This document shows positions 39,546-53,923 of a DNA stretch of 64,000 nucleotides, piece after piece. The notes beneath the pieces are model-generated. The model saw only the letters and a list, made by a program, of their open reading frames with translations. It made no database searches and was not told the origin of the DNA. The stretch comes from Octopus sinensis (Eukaryota): positions 107,942,001 through 108,006,000 of the forward strand of contig NC_042999.1 in the NCBI RefSeq assembly GCF_006345805.1, read 5' to 3'. The position numbers were made by a program, and so were the translations under genes. Within the stretch, counting starts at the first letter, position 1. Every line of letters starts with the position of its first letter.

Positions 39546-42500
39546 TGGTGTTAGCTTTGTATTCTTCATTATGAACATGACAAATCTTCAGGATCATAAA
39601 TTGCTCATAACAAGACATCTGCTGAATATTAGATTATCATTTGAAATTGCAATGTTAATTGATACCATACAATAGTTGAGTTAGTTTAAACCTTTTGATA
39701 CCAATCTATCTAAGCCCATTCCTTATTCTATGGTACAAACTTTTTGCTTTAAATAGATTCAAGGTAAAACCGTCCCTTGAAATTTCATGTTAATTTATGT
39801 TCCAAACACTGGCTTAATAATGACAGTTATTTTGCTAAATTCATTATTGTCAAAATTAATTGATATGAAGGCAGTATATTTCAATAGAAATATGATAAAA
39901 AGAGGGCAAAAAATACAAAAGTATATATATCTGAATCTTCAAAGAAACATTCTTAAGCATTTAACCACAACAATACTTTGTGGATCGAAACCTTGGCAGT
40001 GATGGAAATAAGTTTTAAGAAGGTGGTGTTAGACACTAAAAGAATGTGTCCCCTCCCCACTTGAGTTGAAAAGCAAGGGAACACTGTCCCACTGCTTGTA
40101 CCCCAGTTTTGTCACTGAACTTTAGGCTGTTGAGAAGGATACACTGGCAATTTAGTGGGCATAGTATTATGTCTTTTCATCTGTAGTGTTTCTGTAACCA
40201 GTCTAATGAAAATCTAACATCTGTTTCTAATTTTGGCATAAAGCTGACAATTTTGAGAGGATGGGATTTGTCAGTTACATTGACCCTAATACTCAACTGG
40301 TACTTTTATTTTTCAACCATAAGAGGTGGAAAGGTAAAGTTAACCTCAATAAGATTCAAGCTCAGAATGTAAAGAGTTGTAAGAAATATTGCATAGAATT
40401 TTGCCCAATTCTCTGACAAGTCTGCCACCTTTCTGTCATATCTGTTTAGTAATATTTTAACTAAAAAAAATTATATCACAAAGTTTAATATGATTTAAAG
40501 ATATAAATATACTCTTGATGTTGTATTAATCATTGATGCCTAAAGCTTTGTTAGAAATTCTAATTAAGAAAAGGTTGGTTTATAAGGATTTGAAGCTTTT
40601 TTATCTAATGAACCTTAAATTTCTTTAATTAATTGTATCCCTGTCACTACAATATAGTATTTTTCTTTTTCCATTTATAAACAGATTTTATACACGTAAC
40701 TTCAATTTGTTTTTATTCATTTATGCATTAAATTAAATTAATATCTTGGTTATGTTGATAAACAAAAACTTATATTTAATTAAAATTCAACTATTTTCCT
40801 TCATTTTGTTCTTGATACTTAATAATGATAGTAATTTCTTAAGTTGATAAAATTTCAGGCTTTAACAAAAATTACTGACAGTCTGTTTTTCATTCCAGTT
40901 TGTGCAGAAGCTGCATAAACGTGCAATGCTAAGTTTATAAATAAGACATAAAAATGTTGGCTTGTCTCTGACAATAATTCAATTATGAATAACTTATCAA
41001 TTCTTATAACTTTTCTTGACTAGACGCAAACTAACAGCAACATGCTGTAAAATAAAAATTATGTATTCACAAGCTAAGATATCTATTGTCTAATATCTTT
41101 CCACTATGATGACAAAAGCTTATTCCTCATTAAATTTGAAATGTGTTTCAAAAAACAACTAAACCTTAGTTTGTTAGTCATGCACAAACTACATACATCA
41201 TTTATACTCTTTCACTGAAGAGAACTTTTCCAAAGGTATACACATGCTCTTTATTTCTTTGACTAGAATGGAACCAAATGTGATCTGCTGACTCTATTTC
41301 ACATGTTCTAGCATAAAATAATGAACATTGTTTTAACATTTTTATGGTTACAATGTTGTCAGTTGAGTTGATGACATACTGAACAGCTTTCTTGTTTGGC
41401 TTATTAGATCACATTCTTTTATTATAACATGGTTATTGCTATATACCTGGAAAGTAGTTTGTTTGCATTACTTCATAAATATTTATTACTGTAAGGAAAG
41501 GAGCAACATTCAGTTTTCAACTTCTGTAGTATGTGATCAATACAATAATGTTGTCTGGCCTAGAGGCAAATGTAGTTTTTGCTGCCTAAGTTAATGTCTT
41601 GGAAAAAATATTGAACTTCAATTTGCCATTTACCAGACACTTGGTAGTTTTAATAGGTTAATCATGTCGTACATTTCTTTGTTGATTAAATACACATTTA
41701 GAAAGCTATTACTTGTTAAATTGTATTCGTTGCTGCAGTCTTAGTGTTTCTACTAAATCTATCATGTCAGTACTATTTAATTTTAAAATCTAATATTGTT
41801 ATTTAAGTACTGTTAATTTTTAAATACTTTGAAAAGGCCAACTGCTATTTTCTTTTTATAAATGAAAGTCTAAAGAGAAAAGTCAATATCCATAGAGCTT
41901 TTAGTTTTATCTTTCATGAGGTGGGGGTGGGGGATACTTAGAGAAAGCTAGTGCAGTTTAATTTCAGTTTTTGAATCTTAGGAGGTGAAGGGAACTCATT
42001 AGATATGATGAAGTTTTTGAAAACATAAAAAAATGAGAAAAATCATTGGGTAATGGGTTTTTGTTGTTTGGCCCTGACTCCACCATGATAGAGCAAATTT
42101 CTGACATTTTACCTTCAACAATCCAAACTCTTTTCTTTTAATTACCCAGGATTACAGTGTGCAAGTTGTTCATTATTTTTTTTTTTAACAAGTAAGGTGT
42201 GATTTAAGGAATAATTTGCTGTTAATTTTATCAAATTAAATGACCATGTAGAAGCTCACTCATTGGCTCAGCAAAAGTTCTCAATCAGCTCATAGAGACT
42301 CCTTGTTGACTTGTGGAACTAACTCATTGGCTTGTATAACTACCTCACTAGCTTGTTGGGTAAAAGGTTTTGTAATAAGATGGTATCAGATAATGATTGG
42401 CTGGTGAATTTGCTTTAGATGAGATTAGCTTAATTAAAAATTTCTCAGAAGATGATATGGCTGCATTTTCCATCCAAACTTAATTTCAGGTGAAGGTTAC

Positions 42501-43013
42501 AAGTAAATGATGTTGTCAGGTTTTTTTTTTCATTCAAGACATAATTTGCTGAATGTTTCTTGATGTCAAAGTGATAACTTTGTTGTTAGTGAAATCTTAC
42601 TGTGAGTGCAATAAGTTTAGGTATAAGATAATAGGAATCTAGTTTTACAGATGTTTAGTTTGTTTGTCTCACTTTTTACTGAGGTTCTTAAGGATTTATT
42701 TAGAATCTGTTGAATTGAATTTTCTGATTCTGAAGATTGTATTTGCATAATCCTGCGGGTGATTTAAAAAAAAACAACAACATATCATTTTGTTTTATAA
42801 TCTATGAAATCACGATAAATGATAATATTTTGTAAGCAATTTACTGAAAAAGAGAAGCTGGGAAAGTAAATGCTCTGGAAACTATTTAGTAGGAGTGGTA
42901 GTTGAAAATGTTTGGTGTTAAATGTGCAAGTTAACATTTAAGGAAATATTATGAATATTAGCTATTGGATAGAGAATTGAGTTGAGACATAGTTTACTGT
43001 AAAGTAGTCAAAT

Positions 43014-43332
43014 GGTGCATAGCTCAGTGGTTAGATCATGAGGTAGTGAGCTCAATTCCCAGACTAGGCTGTGTGTTGTGTTCTTGGACAAGACACTTTA
43101 TTTCACATTGCTCTAGTTCATTTAGCTGTAGAAATGAGTTGTGACATCACTGGTGCCAAAGTGTATCAGCCTTTGCCTTTCCCTTGGATAACATTAGTGG
43201 CATGGAGATGGAAGGATGGTATGCATGGTTAACTGCTGGTCTTCCATAAACAACCTTGCCCAGACTTGTACCTCAGAGAAGAACTGTTTAGGTACAGTCT
43301 CATGGTTATTCATGACCAAAAGGGTTCTTTTA
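43014..43332 (+). mobile_element. tRNA-headed CORE-type SINE
   Basis: ggtgcatagctcagtggttag head; tgtgttcttggacaagacacttt...tttagctgtagaaatgagt resembles the CORE domain. Confidence 0.65.
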
Positions 43333-44117
43333 GTCAAGTGGTAGTGTTGTTAGCACATCAGATTGAAAGCTTTACATGCAGTGTTTGTTCTCACTCCCTA
43401 ACTGATTATATTGACCTAGTGTACAGCTGGTACTCATTTCATTGACACCGATATGATGAAAGGCAAAGCCAACTTCTGCAGAATTTGAACTCAGGACACA
43501 GAGATGAAATGCCATGAAGCATTTTGTCCTGTGTGCTAATGGTTCTGCTAGCTTGCTGTCTTAACAATAACAACAATAATAATTATTTCTACTCTAGGTA
43601 CAAAACCTTGATAATTTTTGGGGAAGAGGACTAGTCAATTACATCGACCCCAGTGCTTGACTGGCTCTTATTTAATCGACCCTGAAAGGATGAAAGGCAA
43701 AATCGAACCCCGGTGGAATTTGAACTCAGAATGTAACGGCAGACAAAATACTGCTAAGCATTTCACTCAGCATGATAACAATTCTGCCAGCTCACCACCT
43801 TAACAACAGCAACAATAATAATGATGATGATGGTTTCTGATTTCGGTACAAAGCCAGCAACTTTGAGAGGAGATGGAGCTATCAATACATCAGTATTAGA
43901 TTGGCGCTTTGTATTATCAATTCCAGAGAGATGAAAGACAATTTGAATTAAGAGTGTGAAGAGCCAGAATAAAAATTGCAAAGCTTTTCTTCAGGCACTC
44001 TATTTGACTAGCTTGCTGCTTTTGTAGTAATAATAATAGTAGTAATGATGGTGGCAATGATGATGATGATGAGAAGAACAACCACAACAGTTTATTGTAA
44101 GTACTGATGTCTTAGAG

Positions 44118-44337
44118 CAGTGTTTCTCGTAGAGGGGGTAGGATCCTGTGAAAAAAGGATAGAAAATTTGTTTAACAAAATTAAAAGGTTTTAAACTTGT
44201 ACAGCACCATGGTGATGAAAGAATTAGAGACACAGACAAAATTTTGTCTTTGTTTTAATAAAGTGGTGAGGAGATAAAGAATTTTATTAATATTTATTTG
44301 TGGCAGGGGTTGGTATTTTTCAATTTGGGAACTACTG
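44118..44337. mobile_element. hAT/Charlie-like MITE
   Basis: Ends CAGTGTTTCTC and GGGAACTACTG (imperfect TIR); 8-bp flanks tcttagag and gtttaaag are similar. Confidence 0.5.
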
Positions 44338-45404
44338 GTTTAAAGAATATTCATGCATATTCTCTTTCATACTACACATGCAAAAATAGTTTTTTATAAA
44401 CAAAAGAATAATAGAAAAATAGCTAGGGTGGTTTCAGCATTGTAAAAGTAATTTATTTGAACTTATAACTTCATCAACAAAGACAATGTTGATAGAAGTT
44501 TTGTTTCATTCGGCACTTCTAAGCCACTGCCTTAGATATATCGAGATTTCATGTGTATGCATTCATAATAATTTCCTATTTGCTTTATGTGTGTTACTGC
44601 ATCGGCATACACACCTGTTTATGTAATGGGCATTGATGCATCAACTAGTCGCTGAATTTTTGAAACTGCTGTAAAGAGATATCTAGAAATATATTTGCTT
44701 CATTAGTTATATTTATGGTTATGTTTATCTGACATTGCTTGTAAATGATTTAATGCTGTATATGCATGTTTGGCTATCTTTTATCTTTTTATGTATGTAA
44801 TATGTATACATATGTGTGTGTATGTAATCTTTGCCTGTAGGGGCAATGAAGTGTTAAGGCATTGGTATATGCATTGCTCTCTGTGTGAAATACCAAAGTT
44901 TGGTGTCATCATCATCATACTTTAGCATCAGTTTTCTGTGCTGGCATAGGTCAGATGGTTTGATCAGAGCTGGCAAGCTTGAGAGCTGCACCAAGTTCCT
45001 GTCTGATTTGGCTTGGTTTCTATGTTTGGATACCCTTCCTAATTCCAACCACTTTACAGTGAGTTCTCAGTGCATCGAGACAAACGCTATTACATGGTAC
45101 CATCATGAGTGCTTTTTACATGGCACTGATACAGAGCTCTTTTTGGCCAATCCTCTTCATCTAGGTGAGCGTCCTTAACACATCTGTTGTGCAGGACAGG
45201 TCTTCTTGAGTACAGCAAGGTGCTCGATTAGTCATGAATAAATTATATTCAGTAAAATAATCTTTTTTTCTTCAAATTTGTAGTTTATTTTGCGTCTTTT
45301 GTTCGTTTGTATTATATATGAAAACATTCTTTGTGTGTTAGTCATCTTTTGTTAGGTTTTAGCACTGTATATATATATATATACACACACACACATTTTG
45401 TCAT

Positions 45405-46345
45405 TATCATCATTTAATGTCCTTGCTGGCTGGGGCTGGTCAGTTTGACCAGGGCTGGCAAGCTGGAAGTCTGCAGCACACCACAGTCTGATTTGGCATG
45501 TTTTCTATGACTGGATGCCCTTCTTAACACCAACCACTCTGAGTGTGTACTGCTGCTTTTATGTGCCACCAGCGCAGTTGCCATCTGGTTTGATAGGTCT
45601 TGTTTGCAATCACAACATAATGCTAAAGGTCTCAGTCACTACCTCCGTGAAGCCCGACACTTGAAAGGAGCTTTTATGTGCCACTGGCATTAGCCACTTT
45701 ACCTCCATGAGGCCAATACTCTAAAGGTGCTTTATACATGCCACTGGCACAGGTGCCAGTTACATGATGCCAGCATCAGCCAAAACTATGATTTCACTTG
45801 GCTTGACAAGTCTTCTCAAGCACAGTGTATCACCAAAGGTCTCAATCACTAGTCATTGCCTGTGTGAGGCCCAAAGTTCGAAGATCATGCTTCACCACCT
45901 TATCTCATGTCTTCTTGGGTCTACCTCTACCACAGGTTCCCCCCCCCCACAGTTAGAGTTCAGCACCTCTTTACACAGCTGTCCTTGTCCATATACATCA
46001 CATGACCATACCAGCACAGTCAGCTCTCTTGCACACCACATCTGATGCTTCTTATGCCCAACTTTTCTCTCAATATGCTTGCACTCAATCGAACATACAC
46101 ACTAACATTGCACATCCAGTGAAGCATATTGGCTTCATTTCTTTCAAGCCTACACATGTTATCAGCTGTGACAGCCCATGTTTCCCTGCCATGTAGCTTA
46201 GCTGTTTGCACGCAGGCATCATACAATCTGCCTTTCACTCTGAGGGAGAGGCCCTTTGTTGCCAGCAAAGGTAGGAGCTCTCTGAACTTTACCCTGCCTA
46301 ATTATATTCTCACAGTTACGCTCTCGGACCTTCCACCTCTGCTAC
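45405..46345 (-). mobile_element. RTE-clade LINE 3' fragment plus tail
   Basis: LATKGLSLRVKGRLYDACVQTAKLHGRETWAVTADNMCRLERNEANMLHWMCNVS (track ORF 46020..46268), followed by GRPKKT*DKVVKHDL and the tail. Confidence 0.9.
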
Positions 46346-48405
46346 TAACATCTATATACTTACATAAAATGGTTACCAAATTGCACATAGAATTATTGGT
46401 GTTTCTTGGGGATTCCTGAAATTTCTATTCCAATGTAATTCTAAGAAGTTAGTATTACAAATTTCATCCTACATGTAGTCATGCCAGTATGAAAAATAGG
46501 TGATTGAATGATTGGTAGTAAATAACAGCCAAATCTCCATAATATTGTCTACATTAGATCCTGTTGTCTTAGACTCAATATGTTAGGAGACAGGAAACAG
46601 GACAGTCATGGCTGAAATGCTCTATCAAGGTTGACTTGGTTTAAATATCAATAGTAATAACTAATGTGACATCATCAATGATACTATTGGTAATAGCATT
46701 GATCCTATTTTCTAACTAAATATTAAAAAGGAAACAAAACATCATCCCTTTGTCCTTTCTTCCTTGAAGAATCATTCTGGTATATATAGTTGTTGATAGC
46801 CCCATATCATGGCTGATCATATTGCCTTATGATCAACGGTGTTCCAGCCATGAGCATCATATTTTTACTATCCAAGCCATTTCATTTTTAAGATGGTATA
46901 GTGTAATTTGTAGGATATTTGACTGCTGTTTCTGACTGATCTAGTGACCACTTAGAGGCTCCCTCATTGCCTTAGTTTAGCTGTTGCCCCAGTTCACTCT
47001 CTTAAATTCAAGAATATACTATTCTCAATTTATTCTAATCACTTTTTAAGTGTCTTACATCCCATTCTCCTTGTGAAGCTCTGAGATGAGTTATTTTTCT
47101 CTTTCAGAATGTTACACTAAGTAAGATAAATCCACATTTTTATGAGCTTATTTAATTTAATATCTTCTTCTCAGCTGGTGGCATGATATTGCTTGCTTCA
47201 AATATTACAAAGTAGGGATATCAGACTACTGTGTAATCTCCTCTAGGTAATGATCAGCAGTTATTGGAAGTAAACTATATTTTAATAGTAGCACACACAA
47301 ACATCATTCACAGCATGACATATATACCTCATTTGAACTCTGCACTCTCGCTATGAACAGATACTCAGGAAATCTTATCCTGTTGTGACATAATAATCCA
47401 ACCATTTTCAACAGTGCAATAAAATTAGTGCTTGCATCAAAGTAAAAGATTCACATACGTCATCCACTCTAGTTTCAGACAATTCACAAGTAAAATTGTG
47501 ATGGTTTAAAATTTGTGCATATTTTGGCAATCTCAGATGGTTTTTTTTTTTTCTGGTGACTAGATGTACCATAACATTATTTAAACTGCATTCTAGAAGC
47601 CAAATTGAGTTCTGATCAATTGCTAACTACTTCTGGAATAGGGTTTGCTTTTACAAAAAATATCTTTGATAACATTCAGAAGACATTAAACCAATTAGTA
47701 AAGACCTACTAATCACATACTACTACCTTTTGCTCACAGATGTATTGTCTCTTTAAACTGCATATTGTATTATTATAATAGAGTCAGCTCCTCTAGATTT
47801 CCTAGTTGGCTGCCATCTCTCCAATTAGGTCCTCCTGACTCAACCAGCTCTCCTCTTCTCTTCTTCTCGCTCATTCTCCGTCTCACCCTTCTTACTCTCT
47901 CCAAGTACTACACCTATTCCTTCCTCTCCAGACCAATAAACCATATGGAAATCCATTCTTGCTTTTTTCCCTCCAGGCATGCATTGATAAAATTTTCATC
48001 TGTAGTGATTTATTATCTTGTCACAGTTGATCTACAAAGCCTGTGGGTATGGTCTCATCCTCTTGACCAAGTCATTGCAAAAGAAAAGAATACCTCTTCA
48101 ATTCATATGCTTTTACTTGAAAAAAAAAATGTCAGCATTGTTATCATTATCACCATCACCACTACCACCATCATGGTGTTTATTTTACCATGCTGGCATG
48201 TGGTGGCTAGGTCCCCACAGTCTGAGCTACTTCTTATTCAGAGAAGATGCTTTCTTAGATACTTTAGGAACATATTTTACTCATGTTACACTTTCTTTTA
48301 CCTGGTTTCTATTGCTGAACATTCTTCATATCAGCAACCTCATTTGCAAAGTGTACTGGGTACATTTATCATGGTACCAGCACAGATAAGTTCTTTACTT
48401 TACAG

Positions 48406-48448
48406 TTTCATTGCTGTTGTTGTTAAGTTGTGCTGTAAATGTAACAGT
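48406..48448 (+). pseudogene. TRAPPC9-like candidate exon (FIAVVVKLCCKCNS)
   Basis: ttctttactttacag|...|gtaaga; similar to FTINIKVKLDFSC. Confidence 0.45.
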
Positions 48449-49553
48449 GTAAGACTGGAAAAAGTATTATTGTAAAATATTTATCTAAAGAAGTTAGCAA
48501 TACATTATGGTTTATTCATACAAATTATATTACAAAATAGCAAATTACGATAGAACTTTTAAAAAAATCCACAAAAATATAATATCTTCTGTTATTAGTT
48601 ACCTTAAAAAGAATATTTTGGTATTAGTTTATAGATATGAGCAGGTTACTGTTAAAATACTTATACAATCATTCACACTTGCTAAGAATTAATATCTTGT
48701 GTCTCCTATGACAACATTTGAGCTTACAGAAAATGACATTAGATTTTGTGATTATGGCAACAGTAGTCATTGTAGGGTCATGGATGTTTGTCATCATCAT
48801 CATTCTTTAGTGTCTGCCTTTCATACTGGCATGTAGCATGGGTTAGATGCTTTGAGAGGATTTGGTGATCCAAAAACTGCATCATGCCTCCAATATCTGC
48901 TTTGGCATGGTTTTCATGGTATTATGCCTTTTCTTGATTGAAAATACTGAATAAATCATTTTGATAATGAGTGGTAATGGTCATAAGGTTGATCGATAAT
49001 TTGTTTTTATTGTTATTATTATCTAGGTGAACTGGCTGTATCGTTAGCATGCCAGGTGAAATGCTTAGCAGTGTTTCACCTGTTGCTACATTCTAAGTTC
49101 AAATTTCGCCAAGGTCAACTTTGCCTTTCATTCTTTTGGGGTTGGTAAATTAAGTACCAGTGAAACACTGTGGTCGATGTAATTGACTAGTCCCCTCCTG
49201 CACAATTTCAAACCTTGAGCCTTTAGTAGAAAGGATTATTATTATTATATTATTATTATTTAGGCGAGCTGGCTGAATTGTTAGCTTACCAGGTGAAATA
49301 TTTAGCAGTACTCCGTCTGTCTTCATGTTCAACTTTGCCTTTCATCCTTTCAGAGTCGATAAAATAAGTACCAGTTAAATACTGGAGCCAATCTAATTGA
49401 ATATTCCATCATCCCCAAATTTCAGGCCTTGTGTGTTCACGTCTTCATGTAGACATCACTTGACGGCTATAAATAAATATTATTGTCGTGCATGTAAGGT
49501 GTCTGATGCAAGATAACAAAATAAGCTTCTTTATATTTTGATCATACATATAG

Positions 49554-49589
49554 ATTTACACTTGAAACAACATTCAATTGTGTTTGATT
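49554..49589 (+). pseudogene. TRAPPC9-like candidate exon (LHLKQHSIVFD); duplicate at 50395-50432
   Basis: atatag|...|gtaagc; similar to LHVEVEPSVFF. Confidence 0.5.
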
Positions 49590-51061
49590 GTAAGCTTCTG
49601 TAACTTATGAAATAATGTAGCTGAAGAAAACCAGCAAGCGTTTAATGTTGACTTAACCTGAAGTAGAGAACAGCAGCCCATCATGTAACAGCATTGCAGC
49701 AAACCATTAATAGCTTTGGAAAAATATCACCTTACTTCAGAGCAGATGAATTGATGATACGATGAGCATAGGAAATCTGTCTCAACAAATTCCATGTGAT
49801 CCATGCTAGCATGGAAAAGCAGATTTTGAATAATGATGATGGATGTATTTGTATATTTGTCTATGTCTGTGTGAATTGTCAAGCTAGAGTATTTTTGTCT
49901 TTGCCATTTTTCTGTTAACGAAGTATGCGATAGTTCTGTGCTTCTACAAATGGATAGAGTGGAGAACAAGTAGGGGTTAATGGCAGGAAGGGCATCCAGT
50001 TATAAAAACAAGGCTTCAACAATGTGTATTCTTCTAACCCATGGTAACATGGAAAAAAATACGTGTAAAATGAACAAATGAACTGATAATTCTATGGTCA
50101 GTTATTTGGTAATGATTTCAGAAATGAGTTTTATATTTCATATCTTGCTCTCTCTTTTTTTTTTGCTTGTGTTTTTATTGAATTGAAGATTTTAAAATTT
50201 GAATATAATATTGAACTGTCCTATAGTTCCAAGCTTAGAATGTTTCTTTCAATAGTCTTGGACATAAAAATGTTTCAAATAATGACACAATACTTTATTT
50301 TCTCATCAAAATACTTTATTCTTTCTTGCACTTAAAAAAAATATATAAACAAGATAACAAAATAAGCATCTTTATATTTTGATCATACATATAGATTTAC
50401 ACTTGAAACAACATTCAATTGTGTTTGATTCTGTAAGCTTCTGTAGTTGTTATGAAATAATGTAGCTGATGAAAACCAGCAAACATTTAATGTTGACTTA
50501 GCCTGAAGTAGAGAACATCAGCCCATCGTGTAACAACATTACAGCAAACAATTAATAATAAAACTGAAATAAAATTATCAAGTATTATTAGATAATTGGG
50601 AAAACAACAAAGAAGACTAATACTGATAATTCTGTTGGGTGAAACCTAGTAGAATCTAATTGCAATCGAGTATGAACATAGTGCCATGTATTATTCTTTG
50701 ATCAATGCAACTTAAAATGGTACATTTTACTATGAATTTTATGCAAAACTTTTTGATAATTATGTACGTCATAGCAGAGTAAAGAGACTAAAACTCCCTT
50801 AATAGCTATGTCCCTCTCTTGGCAATAAAATCTATTGACTTCATCATCATAAACACCATCACTATTTTCACTCTTGGAAGGCTTGTGAAAGTGTTTGACT
50901 TGATAATTCTGTTGGCTAAAAGCAAGTAGAATTTAACTGCTATTCAGTATGAACGTGATACTATGTATTTTGATCTTGTCAAAGACCTTAAAACGTTACC
51001 TTTTAATATAAATTTTATGTAAAACCATTATCATTATGTACATTGCATCTGCATCGTAAAG

Positions 51062-51180
51062 TATTGAGGGAGTTGCAATGCCAGTGCTCTTCTCTGGAGT
51101 GAGGAAGTCAGAAAATCTTATTGCCACGAGAGAAACAAACACTGTTGCCATTTCTAGTGTCAGAGGGCCTGTTAGATATC
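51062..51180 (+). pseudogene. TRAPPC9-like segment (RKSENLIATRETNTVAIS)
   Basis: Open frame similar to RSSEALILHAGECQRMAIQ; boundaries uncertain. Confidence 0.5.
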
Positions 51181-52154
51181 AATTCTCCTTTTCTAAGAAA
51201 ATAATAATACTATTAAAAAATCACTAATCATTCCCGTGATCTTCACCATTGCCATGTTTATTATCAAAACTACTTATTCAGCATTTATAATCGTCAACAT
51301 TCTCAGTTTCACATTGATCATCAGTTTCACCAATACAGCAATTCATAACCCAGCCCTCTGTTATCATCTCCGTCTCCAACGTGAGGACCTTATTAAATCT
51401 TCATGTCAACATAATTGTCGCTATTGACCCAATTATAATAATTTTCATTTCCATGGTACTTATAATCCCATTTTTATATAACAGTCATTATTTTTTTTAA
51501 TTATTGTGATTCATCATTGTTATTGTTCATTTTATATTAACCTCTTACTTCTGTTACCCACTCCACACAAAGTTTCTTGTATCCTTTGATGTCAAACAGG
51601 CCTTTCATGGTAGGTGTGTCGGAATGTGTTTGCAATTAAAAAATAAAAGAACAAATTTGGCACCATGTGGATATTATGCTATTTACTCATGTCATAGTTT
51701 ACCTATTAACTGTCCCCACCCAGTAGCAGATGACACAATAATTCTTGCCTTATAAAAGGCTTATAGTTCTTTTATTCTTATTCAGCCTGTTTGGAATCCT
51801 TCTTTTTGTTACTATTGTTATTGTTCTTTTATGTTTGATTGTAAGGATTTTATATGTATACTAGAATATTTGAGGAATCTATGGTATTTGTGTGATGGTA
51901 GAACCAGTTTTGTTTTTATTTATTTCTTCTGATTATTTAAAGAGTTATGGTTGCAGAGGTGATGATGTTTCACTGTCAATTTGATACTTTTGGTAGTCAC
52001 AGATTTCACTTATGGTGTTTGCAACTGAGGTTGATCTACAATTTGTAGATTGACCTTCTCCTCCACACACAGGAGAAATATAAGATGTTGGGTACATTGA
52101 TGATTTATGAGCTGAAGTTTAAAATCTAAGATACATGTACATTGCCTTTAAACC

Positions 52155-52290
52155 TACGAGGGGTGTATGACAAATCTTGAGCCTCAAAAAAAAAAACCAA
52201 CAAAAAAAGGGTGCAAGACTTCTGATGAAGATACAAAACTTCAAGGCTCAAAGGCTTTGAAGGCTCAAAACTTTTCATATACCCCTCGTA
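52155..52290. mobile_element. Mariner-family MITE
   Basis: TA-bounded ~30-bp TIRs: tacgaggggtgtatgacaaatcttgagcct and aggctcaaaacttttcatatacccctcgta. Confidence 0.85.
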
Positions 52291-53923
52291 TCTTTATATC
52301 AGGCTATCATAAATGTGGAATGAAACATTTAAATTGCACAAAAGCAAAGTATTTTTCACCACAGGTTAGTTTTTGTATGTGAGTTTTCCAATTTAGATCA
52401 AAAGGTGATCTCACTAGTGCTGGTGCTCCCCAAAACCAAAATATTATGTAAAATGGTTGGCATTAGGAATGCATAGAAACCAGCCAAAGCAGACACAGAA
52501 GTACAATGCAGCCCTCCAAACTATCGCATCTTGTCAGACCATGCAACTCATACCAGCATGGGACATGAATGTTAAATGATAATAATACCACCACTGCTGA
52601 CAAAAAAATAGATACCATATTTCTTGGGTTATGTAATATTAAAGGATTTGTCTGAGAGAAGAGAGTAAGATTGTTTCATTTTATCTCCTTTACCAAATTG
52701 GGGTAGTTTAAATTTTCTTTATACATTAAAACCGAAAACAGTAAACCAATGTATAAAGAAAAGATTCTTTGTTTAATAATTTTCAAAAGATTTTATTGCT
52801 GAAAAAATTTGATTTAATAGTTTAAAAGACTAAATACTTAAAAAAAAAGAAAAATTACCTATTCTGATTAGTTTCTCTTTCAAACTATTTTCTATTTTTG
52901 AAATGGTAAATTTTATCTCAAATATTTGTCGAAAGAAGTAAATTTTAAGTTGAATACTGTAAAATTAAGAATTTGCTCCTAAATTCATTATTATGGCCAC
53001 TGCTGTTAACTATTTTGAAATATATATTTAAAGTTTTTCCTTTTTGGTTCTATTTTTTATATTATTTTTATATTTGTAATTTATCTTTATATTCCAATCT
53101 CGTAATGTTTTCTCTTCAGTATTTTTGTCCTGTTAATTTATGGGTTTGATTTTATATTTGTTGTTAGTAAAAACTTAAATTGATCTCTCAAGTCAGTTTC
53201 TTTTAGTAATGTGGAAAATGTAACTTGCTGTAAAGTCAAATTATTGGTTTTGTCTGTTTTTAAAAACAAAGCTTTTGTCATTACCAGCACACAGTTGTTT
53301 ATTTTTCTGTTTAAATTATCCTAATCTTCTAAATAACACATTCACTTGAGAAAACACACTTGATAATTTGTTTCAAAAGTAGTTAAATTACTGTAAAAGT
53401 TGAAACAGCCTCAAAATAGAACCTTCTTATTTCTCTACAGTATATTGATTAACAATAGTATTGTTTCTTGCTGTTATACAAAAAGCCACTTCTCTTGTCA
53501 TTCAAATTTTATAAATCTTTCTCTATCTAACATCGTTTCAAATAAATCTTTATTTCTAAATTGATGTCCAATTATTATTTCAATGTTCAGTGATATAGAA
53601 AAAAAAAAGTTGTTCACCAATATTTAGATATGAACATTTTACTCTGTAGGCAATTACTTTCTATGGACTGCCAACAAATGGTTATGGCACATTCTTCAAA
53701 TTCTTAAACATTAGGACGGATTGCAGTTTACTGATAACAGAATTTGTTTCTTTCCACTCCTCTGGAATAACTTATTCAAAAGGAACATAAAATATCTATT
53801 TAGCAATTTATTTTGAAGTTTTACAAATTTCGTATCACTCCTATAGCAAGTCTATATATATATATATATTAATAGAAAAACAATGAAAAACTCTAATGAA
53901 ATATCTTCTACATTTTTCTTTAG

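Noticed and set aside
41530-41641. VVWPRGKC...IELQ resembling FQWVQGDVC...FELR
   Set aside because: That TRAPPC9 segment is already accounted for upstream (~38500-38709). It may be a different Ig-domain exon, but I cannot place it.
43014-43070. tRNA gene
   Set aside because: The tRNA-like A/B boxes here and in families A and B are SINE heads with no complete cloverleaf.
47765-48475. 236-aa + strand ORF
   Set aside because: Built from pyrimidine-rich low-complexity sequence, a (CAT/CAC)n tract and an RTE-tail repeat; TTG start; no recognisable domain.
51943-52082. CRGDDVSL resembling CQVGDPVRL of TRAPPC9
   Set aside because: Out of order relative to the better-supported 53924 exon and full of stops; probably chance.
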